Of a DNA stretch of 64,000 nucleotides, positions 11,922 to 23,850 are shown one piece after another. The translations under genes were made by a program, and so were the position numbers. Source of the DNA: Octopus bimaculoides. Taxonomy: Eukaryota. Position 1 is the stretch's first letter. Every line of letters begins with the position of its first letter. A model generated the notes under the pieces. The model searched no databases, had not been told where the DNA came from, and worked only from the letters and a program-made list of their open reading frames with translations. The DNA lies in NCBI RefSeq assembly GCF_001194135.2, contig NC_069000.1, forward strand, positions 17,061,543 to 17,125,542, read 5' to 3'.

Positions 11922-12715
11922 AGTATTCTATTAAATCAACTTGAAAAATTTATCTGCTGAAATTTAGATCTTACAGTTTTTTTTGTTTTTTTTTTCCTGC
12001 TTCATTTGGCAAAGAATTAGTAATTAAAAGACCAAAAAAATATCCTGCAGTTTCTCAACTGGTAAAAGAAGAAACTTGGGAAAATGCAGGTAATGTCCAC
12101 ACAATTTTGACAATTAATCGAACCGACATTAGTATTTGAATTCAAACTTCTGCTCTGGTTGACCCCCACCTTTCATCCCATACTCTTGACATGGAATATA
12201 GAGGGGGAAAGTGATTTAAGTGCCAACAATCTACAATGGGCTCAAAAAAAAAATAATTAATACTAGTAATATATTGCAATCAAATCTTATTAACTATACA
12301 CAACAACAACAATAATTGATCTTGTAGCCATCTGAAAAAGAAAACACATTAATATTAATGTGTGTCCGTTTATATGTGTATGAAGATAGTGTGTGCATAT
12401 GTGTGTACTTCAAAAAATGCAGTGTTGATGGAGAGATATTGTGGTCAAGTTATGTAAATAACAAACTCATTACTGCCATTTGAATCACATACAATGACAT
12501 CAGTTAAGACAATTGCACAAACATTAAAGTGTATAATTTTGAAAAAGTAAAATATATTTTGAAATTATAAATGTATTTGTATTTAATAATATATATATAT
12601 ATATATATATATAAACACACACACATATATATAATCTTTAGAAGTTTTCGTATATAATGTATATTTATCTTCATATTTTTGTGTGTAATTTTATATATAC
12701 ATATATGTTAAAAAT

Positions 12716-13080
12716 GTGGAGGCGCAATGGCCCAGTGGTTAGGGCAGCGGACTCGCGGTCGTAGGATCGCAGTTTCGATTCCCAGACTGGGCATTGTGAG
12801 TGTTCATCGAGTGAAAACACCCAAAGTTCCACGAGGCTCCGGCTGGGGATGGTGGCGAACCCTGCTGTACTCTTTCTTTGACCACAACTTTCTCTCACTC
12901 TTTCTTCCTGTTTCTGTTGTACCTGTATTTCGAACGGTCAGCCTTGTCACACTGTGTCACGCTGAATCTCCCCGAGAACTACGTTAAGGGTACACGTGTC
13001 TGTGGAGTGCTCAGCCACTTGCATGTTAATTTCACGAGCAGGCTGTTCCATTGATCAGATCAACTGGAACACTCATCATC
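12716..13080 (+). mobile_element. tRNA-derived SINE, family A (near full length)
   Basis: gtggaggcgcaatggcccagtgg head, A/B boxes, shared body and 3' hairpin. Confidence 0.9.
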
Positions 13081-13219
13081 GAAATAGGCATGGGTTCCAC
13101 CTTTTCTTCTCTGATTAACATATTTCAAAGAAAACAAAACTTTCACACATCAAGAGTTAATGAGTATTCTCGTTTGATAACATCTGAAAAAATGCATAAA
13201 CATCATCTTGGCTGTGCAC

Positions 13220-13365
13220 AGGCATAGCTGTGTAGTTACACTTGCTTTGCAACAATATGGTCTCTGTTTCAGTCCTACTGTGTGGCACCTTGAGTTTGTG
13301 TCTTCTACTATAGCCCCAGGCTAACCAATGCCTTGTGAGAGAATTTTGTAGGCAAAAACTATATG
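13220..13365 (+). mobile_element. tRNA-derived SINE, family D, 5' half
   Basis: ggcatagctgtgtagtt...gtttcagtcctactgtgtggcaccttgag...tcttctactatagccccaggctaaccaatgccttgtgag matches the other D copies. Confidence 0.7.
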
Positions 13366-13384
13366 GAAACCTGTTGTTGTGTGA

Positions 13385-13600
13385 TTGCCTCTATGAGGCC
13401 GACCGTTTGAAGGTCATGCTTCACCACTTCATCCCATGTCTTCCTGGGTCTCTCTCTACCCCGGATTCCTTTCACTGTTTGGGAGTGTCACTTCTTCACA
13501 CAGTTTTCCTCGTCCATCCGCAGTACATGACCATACCAACGCAAACATCTCTCTTGCATGCCACATCCGATGCTTCTAATGTCTAACATTTCTCGCTGGG
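13385..13600 (-). mobile_element. RTE LINE C-terminal fragment
   Basis: Minus strand reads LRWYGHVLRMDEENCVKK...RGRERPRKTWDEVVKHDL. Confidence 0.8.
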
Positions 13601-13680
13601 CGCTTTGTCATGTGCACACTGACCCACAGCATTATCATTTCACAACAAAACTAAATGTTCTTTTAACTTATTAAAAAACT

Positions 13681-13993
13681 GGCAAGCTGTCACTTACGAT
13701 GATGAGGGCTCCAGTTGATCCAATCAACAGAAAAAGCCTGCTCGTAAAATTAACATGCAAGTGGCTGAGCACTCCACAGACATGCATACCTTTTGTGTAG
13801 TTCTCAGAGAGATTCAGCATGACACAGAATGTGACAGGGCTGACCCTTTCAACTACAACTCATTTTTACCAGCTGAGTGGACTGGAGCAACATAAAATAT
13901 AGTATCTTGCTCAAGGACACAATGCACCGCCAGGAATTGAACTCACAATCTAATGATCATAAGCTGAATACCCTAACAACTTAGCCACATGCC
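13681..13993 (-). mobile_element. tRNA-derived SINE, family B (CORE-like centre, 3' half shared with family A)
   Basis: Minus strand: tRNA-like head, tgtccttgagcaagatact CORE-like block, then the gtcacattctgtgtcatgctgaatctc...gatcaactggagccctc tail seen in family A. Confidence 0.75.
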
Positions 13994-14829
13994 TTTGAAC
14001 CTATAAACACACTTTCACATGGTGAACTGATACAGAAGGGTTCTACAAATTTCACATCATATCCCACCTTTTTTCTGTCCCCTCAAATGTATTTCCTTTT
14101 TTTCACTCTTCCTAGGTGTCCTTCTATATCCTTGATCTTTCTTTACCCTTCTATCTACCTTTCTGGCCTGACTTCCTCCTACCTCCCCAACACATCTTGT
14201 CTTGTTCCACCACCACCACTTCTGTATGATTTCTCCTCTCTTTCTCTTCCAGCTGCATATCTCTTAATATGATCTCTCCAGCTCATTCCATCTCTTGTCC
14301 CACACTCCCATATTCTCGCTTTCATGTTCCAATCTCTCTCTTCAGCCTTCTCCCAGAGTGTTCTATAGCTGTGACTGAAGGCTTTCACAAGGAAGATGTG
14401 GATTGTGCAAACTGCAATGAAGACAGCCTGTTTAGGAGAGCAGTCATTTTGAATAAAAACTGACACAATATAGAGGTAACACTTTAGTACTGACACCTCT
14501 AGTGTTGGTGACATGATAAAATACATCCAGTCTGTGCTGTAACATAGTTAATGATAGGAAGGACATCCATCCTGAAAACAATACCAAGTGATTACAATAG
14601 CCTGCTTTCATTTACACATGCAGAGTAAAATTACAAAATATTTCATTACATCAATAAATTCCAAACTACATACACAGAACTAGCACTTATCACATTAGTG
14701 CTACACGTGGTTGTGGAACAGTTAGAAAATCTTTGGACCATGTGCAAGAACACTCAATCATCATCAAGTTATCATACATTTCCTTTCAGGTGCAAAGAAC
14801 ACATTGTTGGTCAACCTAACTAATACCAG

Positions 14830-15100
14830 AAACTCAGAGCCACAGCAATCAACATTGGTACAATGAAAGGTATAGGTTGTGACATTATAGAGATGCTAGA
14901 ATGGAGAAGAGTCAATGTGTGCAAGAAAATGGAGAGGAACTTCAGCCTGATTCCTAACAGGTAGAGAACACAGGTACAAATTCTGGGTAAGGAACAATGC
15001 TGGTTAAAATGGAGTAAGCATACTAGTGGCAGAGAAATGGACAAATAGCATAACTGAAGTAGCCAGGACATGCTACAGAATAACTAAGCATAACTGAAAC
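14830..15100 (+). mobile_element. RTE LINE APE endonuclease fragment (degenerate)
   Basis: Reads LRATAINIGTMKG...EMLEWRRV...KWRG...YKFW...GVSILVAEKW with frameshifts. Confidence 0.65.
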
Positions 15101-15966
15101 ATTGATAGAAGTGATAAAAGCTGAGCTCAGGATATTGAACTTCACAAAGGTGATGACAAAATAGAACAAATGGCTAGACATTGTTGGAAAGGACCCCACT
15201 AACCCATGCAAGCAAGATATAAATCGATAAGAGATACAAAGATGAAGTTAGAAAGAAAAAATATATAAAAAGAGAAATACAACCACTTTCATAATGTTTG
15301 TTGTTTTTTCTTCATCTTTTAACCTAATTGTTAATTTATTCTAAAAAAAGGAACAAAAAGTCAACTCTGTTAACTGCCTCTTTCATGTAATATGAAAATA
15401 TATGTCTGTTGAACAAACTTGATCTCTGTTTAATGTTTCACTGTCTGCTTAGAAACATCTGTAGAGCATCTTTTCCAAATGTTTATTTAATCTCTTGCAA
15501 GCATCAGCTTCACATCCTTGTAAAAGCTTTTCATGTTTTCCAAACATTTGTTTCACATTTTTGCTATGATTTCAAAACATTTTTATGATACGTATTTAAC
15601 ATATTGTCACATATCTATTTGACTGCTTTTTAACATTTCCAATGATTTCTTAACACCAGCCTATAAAATGGATGTTAAATGTTCATGATGATGATGAAAT
15701 GAGTTGTGATTTTTCAATATTCACACCTACACTACATTTTGATTTAGTTGATATTTGACTATCATCAAGTGTGTTATAAATGAATGCCAACTAATTTAGA
15801 AACTGAGACTCTTAACTCAAATTCAGTCTTAATCTCGATTATGTACACATCCAAAACTAAGACAGCAGTTGTCAATCAGAGATTAAACCAATCAAGTTGT
15901 AAATATAATTATTTTTAAAATTTCATCTCTAACAATAAGGTTAATAATATAAAAGCTTATAGTCTG

Positions 15967-15972
15967 TTTAAT
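15967..15972 (-). promoter_or_regulatory. Candidate polyadenylation signal ATTAAA for MRPL37
   Basis: About 215 nt downstream of the TGA on the minus strand; motif match only. Confidence 0.3.
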
Positions 15973-16187
15973 ATCTTATCTTACATCTGGTTTAAAATCT
16001 CTTTTGTTGCTTCAAAAACGAACCTCTGCCACCATCGTCTCATCTTGCTTTTACTTTCTTGAATATTGTGGTGGAAGGCATGGAAAAATATCAGTCATCA
16101 ACAGAACAGCATAGAATAATAAGGCAAGGCAGTCCAAACTTGACAAGAAAAAGTGAGCACTTAGTTACAGACAGTACTCAAGCTTGT

Positions 16188-16472
16188 TCAAACATTCTGT
16201 TTCATTCCATTGAGATACATAGTGAGGAATTTTTGAAAGACTTCAGCATTATAGTCAAGGTATCTGTGGTTACGGCTAGACCTACCCAGCCACGGTTGCC
16301 GAAACTTTTTATAGAACAAAAGATTGTGTGCATCACACCACAGCAAGTTCTTAAGGCCATCAGCAGTTTGGAAGTCTAGTGTGTTCAGTTGGAAAAAGAG
16401 AAAATTAAAGGTGCAGTCGTTCATATTAATACACTGCAAATTGATCGGCTCAGGTAACTGTTGAACATTCGC
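16188..16472 (-). CDS. MRPL37: Mitochondrial ribosomal protein L37, last coding exon (8/8)
   Basis: Acceptor tttgcag, phase 0; ANVQQLPEPINLQC...FNFLFFQLNTLDFQTADGLKNLLW...EVFQKFLTMYLNG* matches the mL37 C-terminus (FQLNT...GVKNLAW...FLALYLHG). Confidence 0.93.
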   Translation of the reverse strand, partial: ANVQQLPEPINLQCINMNDCTFNFLFFQLNTLDFQTADGLKNLLWCDAHNLLFYKKFRQPWLGRSSRNHRYLDYNAEVFQKFLTMYLNGMKQNV

Positions 16473-16582
16473 CTGCAAACACAAACAAGAGTAATAAAAG
16501 ATAAACGTTAATAAAATATACATAATATAATAAAACCAATACATTGACAATAATACTGATTTCAAATTTTAGAGAAGAGGTT

Positions 16583-16742
16583 AAATGGATTACATTGACC
16601 CCCACGTCCCCCAGTGTTCAGCTGGTACTTATTTTATCAATCCCAAAAGGATGAAAAGCAAAGTCAACTTCAGCAGTTGTAATGTAAAGACAGACAAAAC
16701 ACTGCTAAGCATTTTGCCCAGTGTAATAACAATTCTGCCATC
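16583..16742 (-). mobile_element. tRNA-derived SINE, family C (old copy)
   Basis: Contains the family core ttgactttgcttttcatccttttgggattgataaaataagtaccag on the minus strand. Confidence 0.7.
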
Positions 16743-16789
16743 TCACTACCTCAATAATAATGATAACAGTAATAATAATAATAATAATA

Positions 16790-16975
16790 CTCTTTTCTAC
16801 AACAGGCACAAGACCTGGAAATTCTGGAGGAGGGGGCTAGGCAATTACATCGACCCCAGTATTTGACTGATACTTATTTTATCAACCCACCGAAAGGATG
16901 AAAGGCAAAGTTAACCTCAGCAGCATTTGAACTCAGAATGCTAAGCATTTCACCCAGTGTGGTAACAATATTAAG
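16790..16975 (-). mobile_element. tRNA-derived SINE, family C
   Basis: ttctgagttcaaatgctgctgaggttaactttgcctttcatcctttcgg...ggggtcgatgtaattg on the minus strand. Confidence 0.75.
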
Positions 16976-17076
16976 ACAAGGGAGACTCACTCATAATTTG
17001 ATTTATAGAGCTATTTTTTAATGTAAGTATCAAATTGAGATGAGGCAAGATGTTACATTTAAGAATATATATAACA

Positions 17077-17167
17077 GGCACAGGCATAGCTTTGTAGTAA
17101 GAACCATGCTTCCAAACAACATGGTTATGGGTTCAGTCCCACTGCATGGTACCTTGGGCAAGTGTCA
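17077..17167 (+). mobile_element. SINE family D head (truncated)
   Basis: ggcacaggcatagctttgtagtaagaa...gggttcagtcccactgcatggtaccttgggcaagtgtc. Confidence 0.7.
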
Positions 17168-17334
17168 AAGCGTCTAGTTAGAATAGAGGCAGCTGACGAA
17201 GGATTAATTCCAAGTGGCTATCTGTTTTCCTATGTGTTCGTTTCATTGTCTGTAGTTCATTTTTCTAACATCCTGTACCCTGATATACATCTATATACAC
17301 ATGTAGATGTAAGTATGTACATATATGTGTGTAC

Positions 17335-17515
17335 GTAAAAGCACCCACTACACTCTCTGAGTGGTTGGCGTTAGGAAGGGCATCCAGCTGTAGAAACTCT
17401 GCCAAATCAGACTGGAGCCTGGTGTTGCCATCCGGTTTCACCAGTCCTCAGTCAAATCGTCCAACCCATGCTAGCATGGAAAGCGGACGTTAAACGATGA
17501 TGATGATGATGATGA
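17335..17515 (+). mobile_element. Young RTE-type 3' end with (GAT)n tail
   Basis: aaaagcacccactacactc...catgctagcatggaaagcggacgttaaac(gat)n; ~94% identical by eye to the inverted copy at 22291. Confidence 0.8.
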
Positions 17516-17697
17516 TATATATATATATATACCTATATATCTATCTATATATATATCTATCTATCTATATCTATCTATATATATCTATCTATATATATCT
17601 ATCTATATATATCTATCTATATATATCTATCTATATATATCTATCTATATATATCTATCTATCTATCTCTATCTATATATATATATATACATATGTA
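17516..17697. repeat. Compound (TA)n/(TCTA)n microsatellite
   Basis: Direct reading. Confidence 0.95.
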
Positions 17698-17905
17698 TGT
17701 TTGTGTTAGTTCCCCACCACCAAGTGACGACTGGTGTTGGTGTCTTTACATCCCTGTAACTTAGCAGTTCGGCAAAAGAGATCGATAGAATGAGTACCAG
17801 GCTTAAAAAGAAGATAAGTACTGGGGTTGATTTGTTTAACTAAATATTTTTCAAGATGGTGCTCCAGCATGGCCACAGTCTAATGACTGAAACAAGTAAA
17901 AGATA
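17698..17905 (+). mobile_element. SINE family D 3' half
   Basis: tgttggtgtctttacatccctgtaacttagcagttcggcaaaagag...ccagcatggccacagtctaatgactgaaacaagtaaaaga. Confidence 0.8.
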
Positions 17906-18041
17906 GAAGATAATAGCTATCTAAGCAGTTATAACTTAACTTGCTTCTCCATTTCAAACTAGTGTTTATAATGTCTAATAAGATTTTATTAGATACACAG
18001 AGATACTTGTATACAAAAAAGAATTGGGCGAAAGCACTTAC

Positions 18042-18193
18042 CCCAAACCGTCGTTTTGCTTCATTAACAGCATAGCCAGTCAAATAGAGCAAAGAGCGGG
18101 CACAGTTTTGGCTACAATTCCATCTATTGTTGTATGTGATGAACAGAGTGTGGGGGTAATACTGGAGGTCATTAGATTCCCCAATGTTGAAAC
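18042..18193 (-). CDS. MRPL37: MRPL37 coding exon 7/8
   Basis: tgtgcag|GT...GGG|gtaagt; FNIGESNDLQYYPHTLFITYNNRW...AKRRFG; YPHTL motif conserved. Confidence 0.93.
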
Positions 18194-18293
18194 CTGCACA
18201 CAAAAAAAACATAATGATGTTGAAGGTAGTGGGTAAATATTCTCAATATACACACGCACACTTATACTCACATACACACTGAAAAGGTCTTAC

Positions 18294-18479
18294 CACTAGT
18301 TTCATCAGTTCTGTAGATGTGCATCTTAGGAATGTCAATCATTGGAGAGACTGGATAGATGTTTGGAAGAGGGTCATTTGCACTAGCTTCAATAATGTCA
18401 TTGGTGGCAAAATTCGGCAATGGCTGTTTAGAGAGCAGCAGCGCTTCACTGTTACCAACTATTTGGATGCGTTTGTTAT
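18294..18479 (-). CDS. MRPL37: MRPL37 coding exon 6/8
   Basis: ctttctag|AT...AGTG|gtaaga; NKRIQIVGNSEALLLSKQPLPNFAT...NIYPVSPMIDIPKMHIY aligns with human LQVRG...KDPLPTIAS...FYPISPIIDLHECNIY. Not in the ORF track. Confidence 0.92.
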
Positions 18480-18597
18480 CTAGAAAGATAGTGAAACAAT
18501 AACAGCACCCATAAGAACATCAACAATATAAGCCTACCATTCCTTCCATTATGTTTCAATCCACAATAACAAAAACAACATTAGTAATTAACTTAAG

Positions 18598-18815
18598 GTG
18601 GTCACCTGGCAGAATCAGCAACATACCAGGCATAATGCTTACCAGCATTTTGTCCAGCTCTACATTCTGAGTTTAAATTCCACTGAGGTCCACTTCGCCT
18701 TTCGTCCTTTCAGGGTTGATAAAATAAATACCAGTTCAATTCTGGAGTCGATGTAATCAACTTACCACCTCCTCTAAAATTGCTGGCCTTTGGCCTTGTA
18801 CCAAAATTTGAAACC
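18598..18815 (+). mobile_element. tRNA-derived SINE, family C (full length, old)
   Basis: tggcagaatcagcaac A-box region, ttctgagtttaaattcc B-box region, core cgcctttcgtcctttcagggttgataaaa. Confidence 0.8.
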
Positions 18816-18902
18816 AATATTAGTACTTAACTTTGCAATTCCAGAGGACAAAATACCACTACAAGAAATTATCATTATTTTATACACTAGAAGAAGCACT
18901 TC

Positions 18903-18970
18903 AGAGAGAGAGAGAGAGAGAGAGAAAGAGAAAGAGAGAGAGCGAGAGCGAGAGAGAGCGAGAGCGAGAG

Positions 18971-19030
<60 letters not shown>

Positions 19031-19055
19031 TATGTGTGTGTGTGTGTGTGTGTGT
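18903..19055. repeat. (AG)n-rich then (TG)n microsatellite
   Basis: Direct reading; source of the spurious ERERE/SLSLS ORFs. Confidence 0.95.
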
Positions 19056-19647
19056 TTTTAATTAGAGGATGTGTAAACCTCATGAAGAGATGGTTTCATC
19101 CATGGAAATACTGACTTAATGCCTAGTAGTTTGGGGGAATGAATTTCCTTAAAGTAATAGTTATATATGAAAAATATACAGTTTATATTCATTTAACAGA
19201 AGAAAAGAAAATGGAAATTAGGAAGTTAATAATAAACAATTATTAACTTCCTCATCCCCATTTACTTTTCTTCTATGTACAAATGTACAATATGTACACA
19301 CATACATGTACACATATACTTACATATACACAGGTATACAAATGTACATGCAGTTAAAATATGCGTTTTACTCCATTCATTAAATTTATATATACTCAAG
19401 TACCCAAAATATCAAGGAGTTTCTACCTCATAAACAGGAGTTACACCACAGTTATTTTGTGATCTTTGCTACCCTGGTATCTATTAACCAATTTATTTTG
19501 TCCGAGTTATTTATTAATTAGGAGAAAATAAATACATATAATAAAATAGATATATACATGTATGTGTGTGTGTGTGTGCGTGTGTGTGCAGGCTGATATT
19601 TACACATACATATACATGCATATACACACATTAAAAGTATTACATAC

Positions 19648-19766
19648 CATATGTTATGTGGCTACGAAGAAAAGAGTTCTTGACCATTTGGTAATCTGTG
19701 AGAATATCAGGAAAGATTTTGGTCTGAGTATTACACAGACGTAGCAGGTTAGATAACAATAATTGT
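19648..19766 (-). CDS. MRPL37: MRPL37 coding exon 5/8
   Basis: ctgtttcag|A...TATG|gtatgt; QLLLSNLLRLCNTQTKIFPDIL; phases fit both neighbours. Confidence 0.9.
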
Positions 19767-19919
19767 CTGAAACAGAGAAAGGGAGAGAAAATGAAGGTAA
19801 TATGATACAATATAATACAATGAGAAGTAGTCTGGTTTTATTTTAGTATATGGTAGTTTGGTATATTATGTGGTTTGTATTGATACAGTGTAGTATGACA
19901 GGATTCAGTGTGATGTAGT

Positions 19920-20309
19920 GTTGGCACTCCGTCGCCTACGACGTCGAGGGTTCCAGTTGATCCGATCAACGGAACAGCCTGCTTGTGAAATTAACGTGCA
20001 AGTGGCTGAGCACTCCACAGATACGTGTACCCTTAACGTAGTTCTCGGGGGAGATTCAGCGTGACACAGAATGTGACAAGGCTGACCCTTTGAATTCCAG
20101 GCACAACAGAAACTGGAAGTAAGAGTGAGAGAAAGTTGTGGTGGAAGAGTACAGCAGGGTTCGCCACCGCCACCATCCCCTGCCGGAGCCTCGTGAAGCT
20201 TTAGGTGTTTTCGCTCAATAAACACTCACAACGCCCGGTCTGGGAATCGAAACCGCGATCCTATGACCGCGAGTCCGCTACCCTAACCACTGGGCCATTG
20301 CGCCTCCAC
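19920..20309 (-). mobile_element. tRNA-derived SINE, family A, full length with 11-bp TSD
   Basis: TGTGATGTAGT at 19909-19919 and 20310-20320 flanks the element; lies in an MRPL37 intron. Confidence 0.93.
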
Positions 20310-20449
20310 TGTGATGTAGTATGTAGTATGCAACAAAGTGATGTTGCTGTATTTATTCAGGTCTTTTCTAACCAAGGAAACCTATGATCAATGAAGGCAT
20401 TATAATAATTCCTTCCATTTCTTTCAGACCATACACTATTGCGTAATGC

Positions 20450-20708
20450 AATGTTACTCAACAATTTTGTTTCAGTTATAGACCCTTTGATTCCTATTTT
20501 ACTCAGATGGACCCTCCTAGCCATTCGATGTTTAAAAAAATCATATATTTTTTTAAAATTAAATATTATTAAGAATTGTATTAAAAAAAACTTCTAAACA
20601 TTTTTGTATATTGTAGAAGTATAACCAATTTATTGCAGACAAATTTTAACAACAAAATCTTATCTGGATCCCCCAACGGCCATAAGGACCCCAGTTGAGA
20701 ATGACTGG
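20450..20708. mobile_element. hAT (Charlie-like) MITE
   Basis: Decayed gttactcaac...gttgagaatgactg ends; internally similar to 54983-55240. Confidence 0.6.
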
Positions 20709-20794
20709 TCTAATGTGTCCTTTTTTTTTTAGATGGTCAAGTTTAATTTGAAAGAGATTTTGCTTTAGTGTGAAATACTGTAGTGGATGGTGTC

Positions 20795-20981
20795 TTTTAC
20801 TTGTTTTGTTTCAGTCATTAGACTGCAGCGCAAACAAATCAACCCCAGTAACTATTTCTTGCTCTTTTTTGAAGCCTGGTACTTATTCTATCAGTACCTT
20901 TTGCCAGTCTGCTAAGTTACAAGGATATAAACACACCAATACCAGTTGTCAAGCAGTGGGAGGGGAGAAACAAACACAAAG

Positions 20982-21037
<56 letters not shown>

Positions 21038-21052
21038 GACAGGCTTATTTCA
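20795..21052 (-). mobile_element. SINE family D 3' part with internal (CA)n(TA)n
   Basis: Reverse complement of the D tail; internal microsatellite at the conserved position. Confidence 0.75.
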
Positions 21053-21747
21053 GTTTCTTATTTCGTTATTGCCCACAAGGGGCTAAACTTAGAGGGGACA
21101 AACAAGGACAGACAAAGGGGTTAAGTCGATTGAGCTAAATAAAAAGCAACCAAGTTTCCCTCAGATCACACCCTACCATCTCAGAAAAGAAGGATGTGTT
21201 GGGTAATGTCACTGTGTCTAGAAGAAAGAGCAGTTGGTCACAGCTGGAATTATTTTTTATCATAAGTTAGTTCAATCAAGGCTGACCTGGGTCCAAACAT
21301 CATATGAGCCTTAGTTGTTCATATGTCTTTTGTTTTAAAACAGCAGAGACAGACTTAGCAGTCGTGTGGAGCAAGTCTTAACTATTACACACAAACTCTC
21401 TCACTGACTCATGTAACCTCTGTATTTTGAAGACAGCAGGAAAATTACTGAAGGAGATTTGGTTGTCCAATTAAGCAGGTCAAGTAAAAAGCACCCCCAC
21501 CTCTCATTGCATTTAAAGATAGAAGTGTTTTAAGGAAAGCTTAATGGATAAATCTAATAGGTTTAGTGACTGCATAATAGCTTTGTCACTAGCTTGTGTG
21601 TCAAAGTTTAAAGCTGCTACAAGGAGTAGATCAGGCAACTACATAACAACACCCTTACTGTTTTGTCTCATGGGTCAGAGGGGCTCAACAAGCTAGCAAA
21701 AAGGGTCAACACAACAAACAAGAAAGCAAAAAGACTGACACACTTAC

Positions 21748-21884
21748 GAGGCCTGTAAAGTGGGGATGCCGTATTCACGTGTGAATTTAAAACCGGGCTT
21801 CGATTTGTCAATTCTTTTCGGTAGCTTTTTATAGTTGCTGTGCCAGACTTGAGAGAACATTATGTTACGCTGTACTAGAAGGTC
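21748..21884 (-). CDS. MRPL37: MRPL37 coding exon 4/8
   Basis: gaacttag|GAC...GCCTC|gtaagt; DLLVQRNIMFSQVWHSNYKKLPKRID...REYGIP. Confidence 0.9.
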
Positions 21885-22290
21885 CTAAGTTCAAACAGAA
21901 GAGACATTAGCTGTATTATTGATATTAAACAAAACAACTGAAACCAGAACAACCCAAAACCTACCCAGTTATCTCTACTTTCTGAGGCTAAAACAATCTA
22001 ATATCTTTTATCTTTTACTTGTTTTAGTCATTAGACTGTGGCCATGCCGGGGCACCACATCACAATTTATGAACAATAGCATTGTTGGTTACAGGTCCTC
22101 AAAGCGTCAAGCATTAAGCTGAGAATGTAAAGTAATGTAATTATATTCCATAAAGTATTATTTTCTCTGGCACTCTACCATTTCCATTTGTTGTTAACGT
22201 AGTAGGAGGAGGAGGAGGAGGAGGAGGAGGCAGCGCAAGTGGTGGTGGTAGTAGTAGTAGTACACTCTACCAATTGTGCTAATTTACTAA

Positions 22291-22650
22291 TCATCATCAT
22301 CATCGTTTAACGTCCGCTTTCCATGCTAGCATGGGTTGGACGATTTGACAGAGAAATGGTGAAACCAGATGGCTACACCAGGCTCCAATCTGATTTGGCA
22401 GAGTTTCTACAAATGGATGCCCTTCCTAATGCCAACCACTCCGAGAGTGTAGTGGGTGCTTTTATGTGCCACCAGCACGAAGGCCAGTCAGGAGGTACTG
22501 GCAACGGCCACGCTCGAAATGGTGTATTTTATGTGCCACCTGCACAGGAGCCAGTTCGGCGGCACTGGCAACGATCTCGCTCGAATGTCTTTACACGCGC
22601 CATCTGGCACAAATGCCAGGAAGGCGATGCTGGGCACAGGTGCTATAGGC
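22291..22650 (-). mobile_element. RTE-type 3' end with internal ~67 bp tandem units and (CAT)n tail
   Basis: Inverted relative of 17335; repeated ttttatgtgccacc...gccagt...ctggcaacg...gctcgaa units. Confidence 0.8.
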
Positions 22651-22689
22651 ACAAGGCTGATAGTAGACCTTTTGCTGGAGGTGGCTAGT

Positions 22690-22860
22690 TGATTATATCG
22701 ACTCCAGTACTCAACTGGTACATATATTATCAATCTTATATTATCAATCTCAAAAGGCAAAGTCAACCTCGGTGGAATTTGAACTCAGAACATAAAGACA
22801 GATGAAATACCACTACGCATTTTGCCTGGTGTGCTAACGTATCTGCCAACTCACCACCTT
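22690..22860 (-). mobile_element. tRNA-derived SINE, family C
   Basis: aaaggcaaagtcaacctcggtggaatttgaactcagaac...gctaacgtatctgccaactcacc. Confidence 0.8.
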
Positions 22861-22893
22861 CTTAATAATTGTAATAATAATAATAATAATTAC

Positions 22894-22991
22894 CTGGTTT
22901 GGAATTGTTACTTTACCAATTTTCTCTTTCAAATCGGGAGGAAATCCTGTGAATTGTAAACACTTGGTAAGAATCCGTGCTTGCTTCAGAC
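22894..22991 (-). CDS. MRPL37: MRPL37 coding exon 3/8
   Basis: ctgacag|GT...CAG|gtaatt; LKQARILTKCLQFTGFP...IPNQ versus human VKQALWLTKTKLIEGLP...IENQ. Confidence 0.92.
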
Positions 22992-23396
22992 CTGTCAGGG
23001 TAAGTATATAATTTAAAATATTTGTTAATTAAGATATTATAAGATAATGGTTTAAATTCATTCTCATAGGCCTACTTAATAAGAACCAACTTGAGGCTAA
23101 ACAATAACACCTTAAAAAGGCTACCAATGATAGTGGAAGATACAGGTGATTTGAACCAACCTCAGTACTTAACCAGTAATCTATTATATCAACATTCCTC
23201 TTTAAAAAGGAAGAATACATTATTGTAGTCTTAAACAAACAATGTCTATATAAAGGAGAGGATGATGATTAAAATATCTTTGATCATAAGTCTGTTAGAC
23301 CAGGGTTAGCCTGGTGTTAACAACATCCACCACAAAACCCTAAACACAGTTGTGAATCAATAAACAAACCCCACCAAAAAAAAAAAAGGATGATAC

Positions 23397-23558
23397 CTTC
23401 CAGAAGCCGACATTTCTGAAAGTACAAGTACATAGGGTCTTTATGGTAGTTGTCCTGCTCTTCTAGAGGAGGTGCCTTCCACCATCTGATGTCATCTTTC
23501 ACAGGAGGTTCCCATGGAGGTAACTTTGGCTTCGCACATGGGTCTATGATCTCTACAT
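23397..23558 (-). CDS. MRPL37: MRPL37 coding exon 2/8
   Basis: ctacag|AT...GAAG|gtatca; VEIIDP...PPWEPP...KAPPLEEQDNYHKDPMYLYFQKCRLLEG versus human PPWDR...SPPLHEHPLYKDQACYIF..CRLLEG. Confidence 0.93.
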
Positions 23559-23669
23559 CTGTAGATAGATAGAGATTGATATGTGTAGTATAATAATCAC
23601 AGGTGTCCACACACATATATATATATATATACATGGATTCAAAATTAACACACAAACAAATGTATGTTG

Positions 23670-23850
23670 TCGTAGTGAAATGACAAAAAAACAGAGCTGT
23701 AAAAGCTAGGAGACAGGCTCAGAAAGTCTGAGAGAAGTGGTAATAGAGAACATTATCATGTAGCTAGAAGGGCAGCTATGTGTAAAGTGTACTTGGCTAA
23801 GAAAGAGGCAGAGAGGAAGAGATTTGCACATGTCCTGTGAAGTGAGGATC
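23670..23850 (+). mobile_element. Degenerate RTE fragment (APE-RT linker)
   Basis: Reads ...YHVARRAAMCKVYLAKKEAERKRFAHV. Confidence 0.5.

Noticed and set aside
22466-22650. Short regularly spaced repeats considered as a CRISPR-like array
   Set aside because: Eukaryotic context; the units are diverged tandem repeats within a LINE 3' region, with no unique spacers or cas genes.
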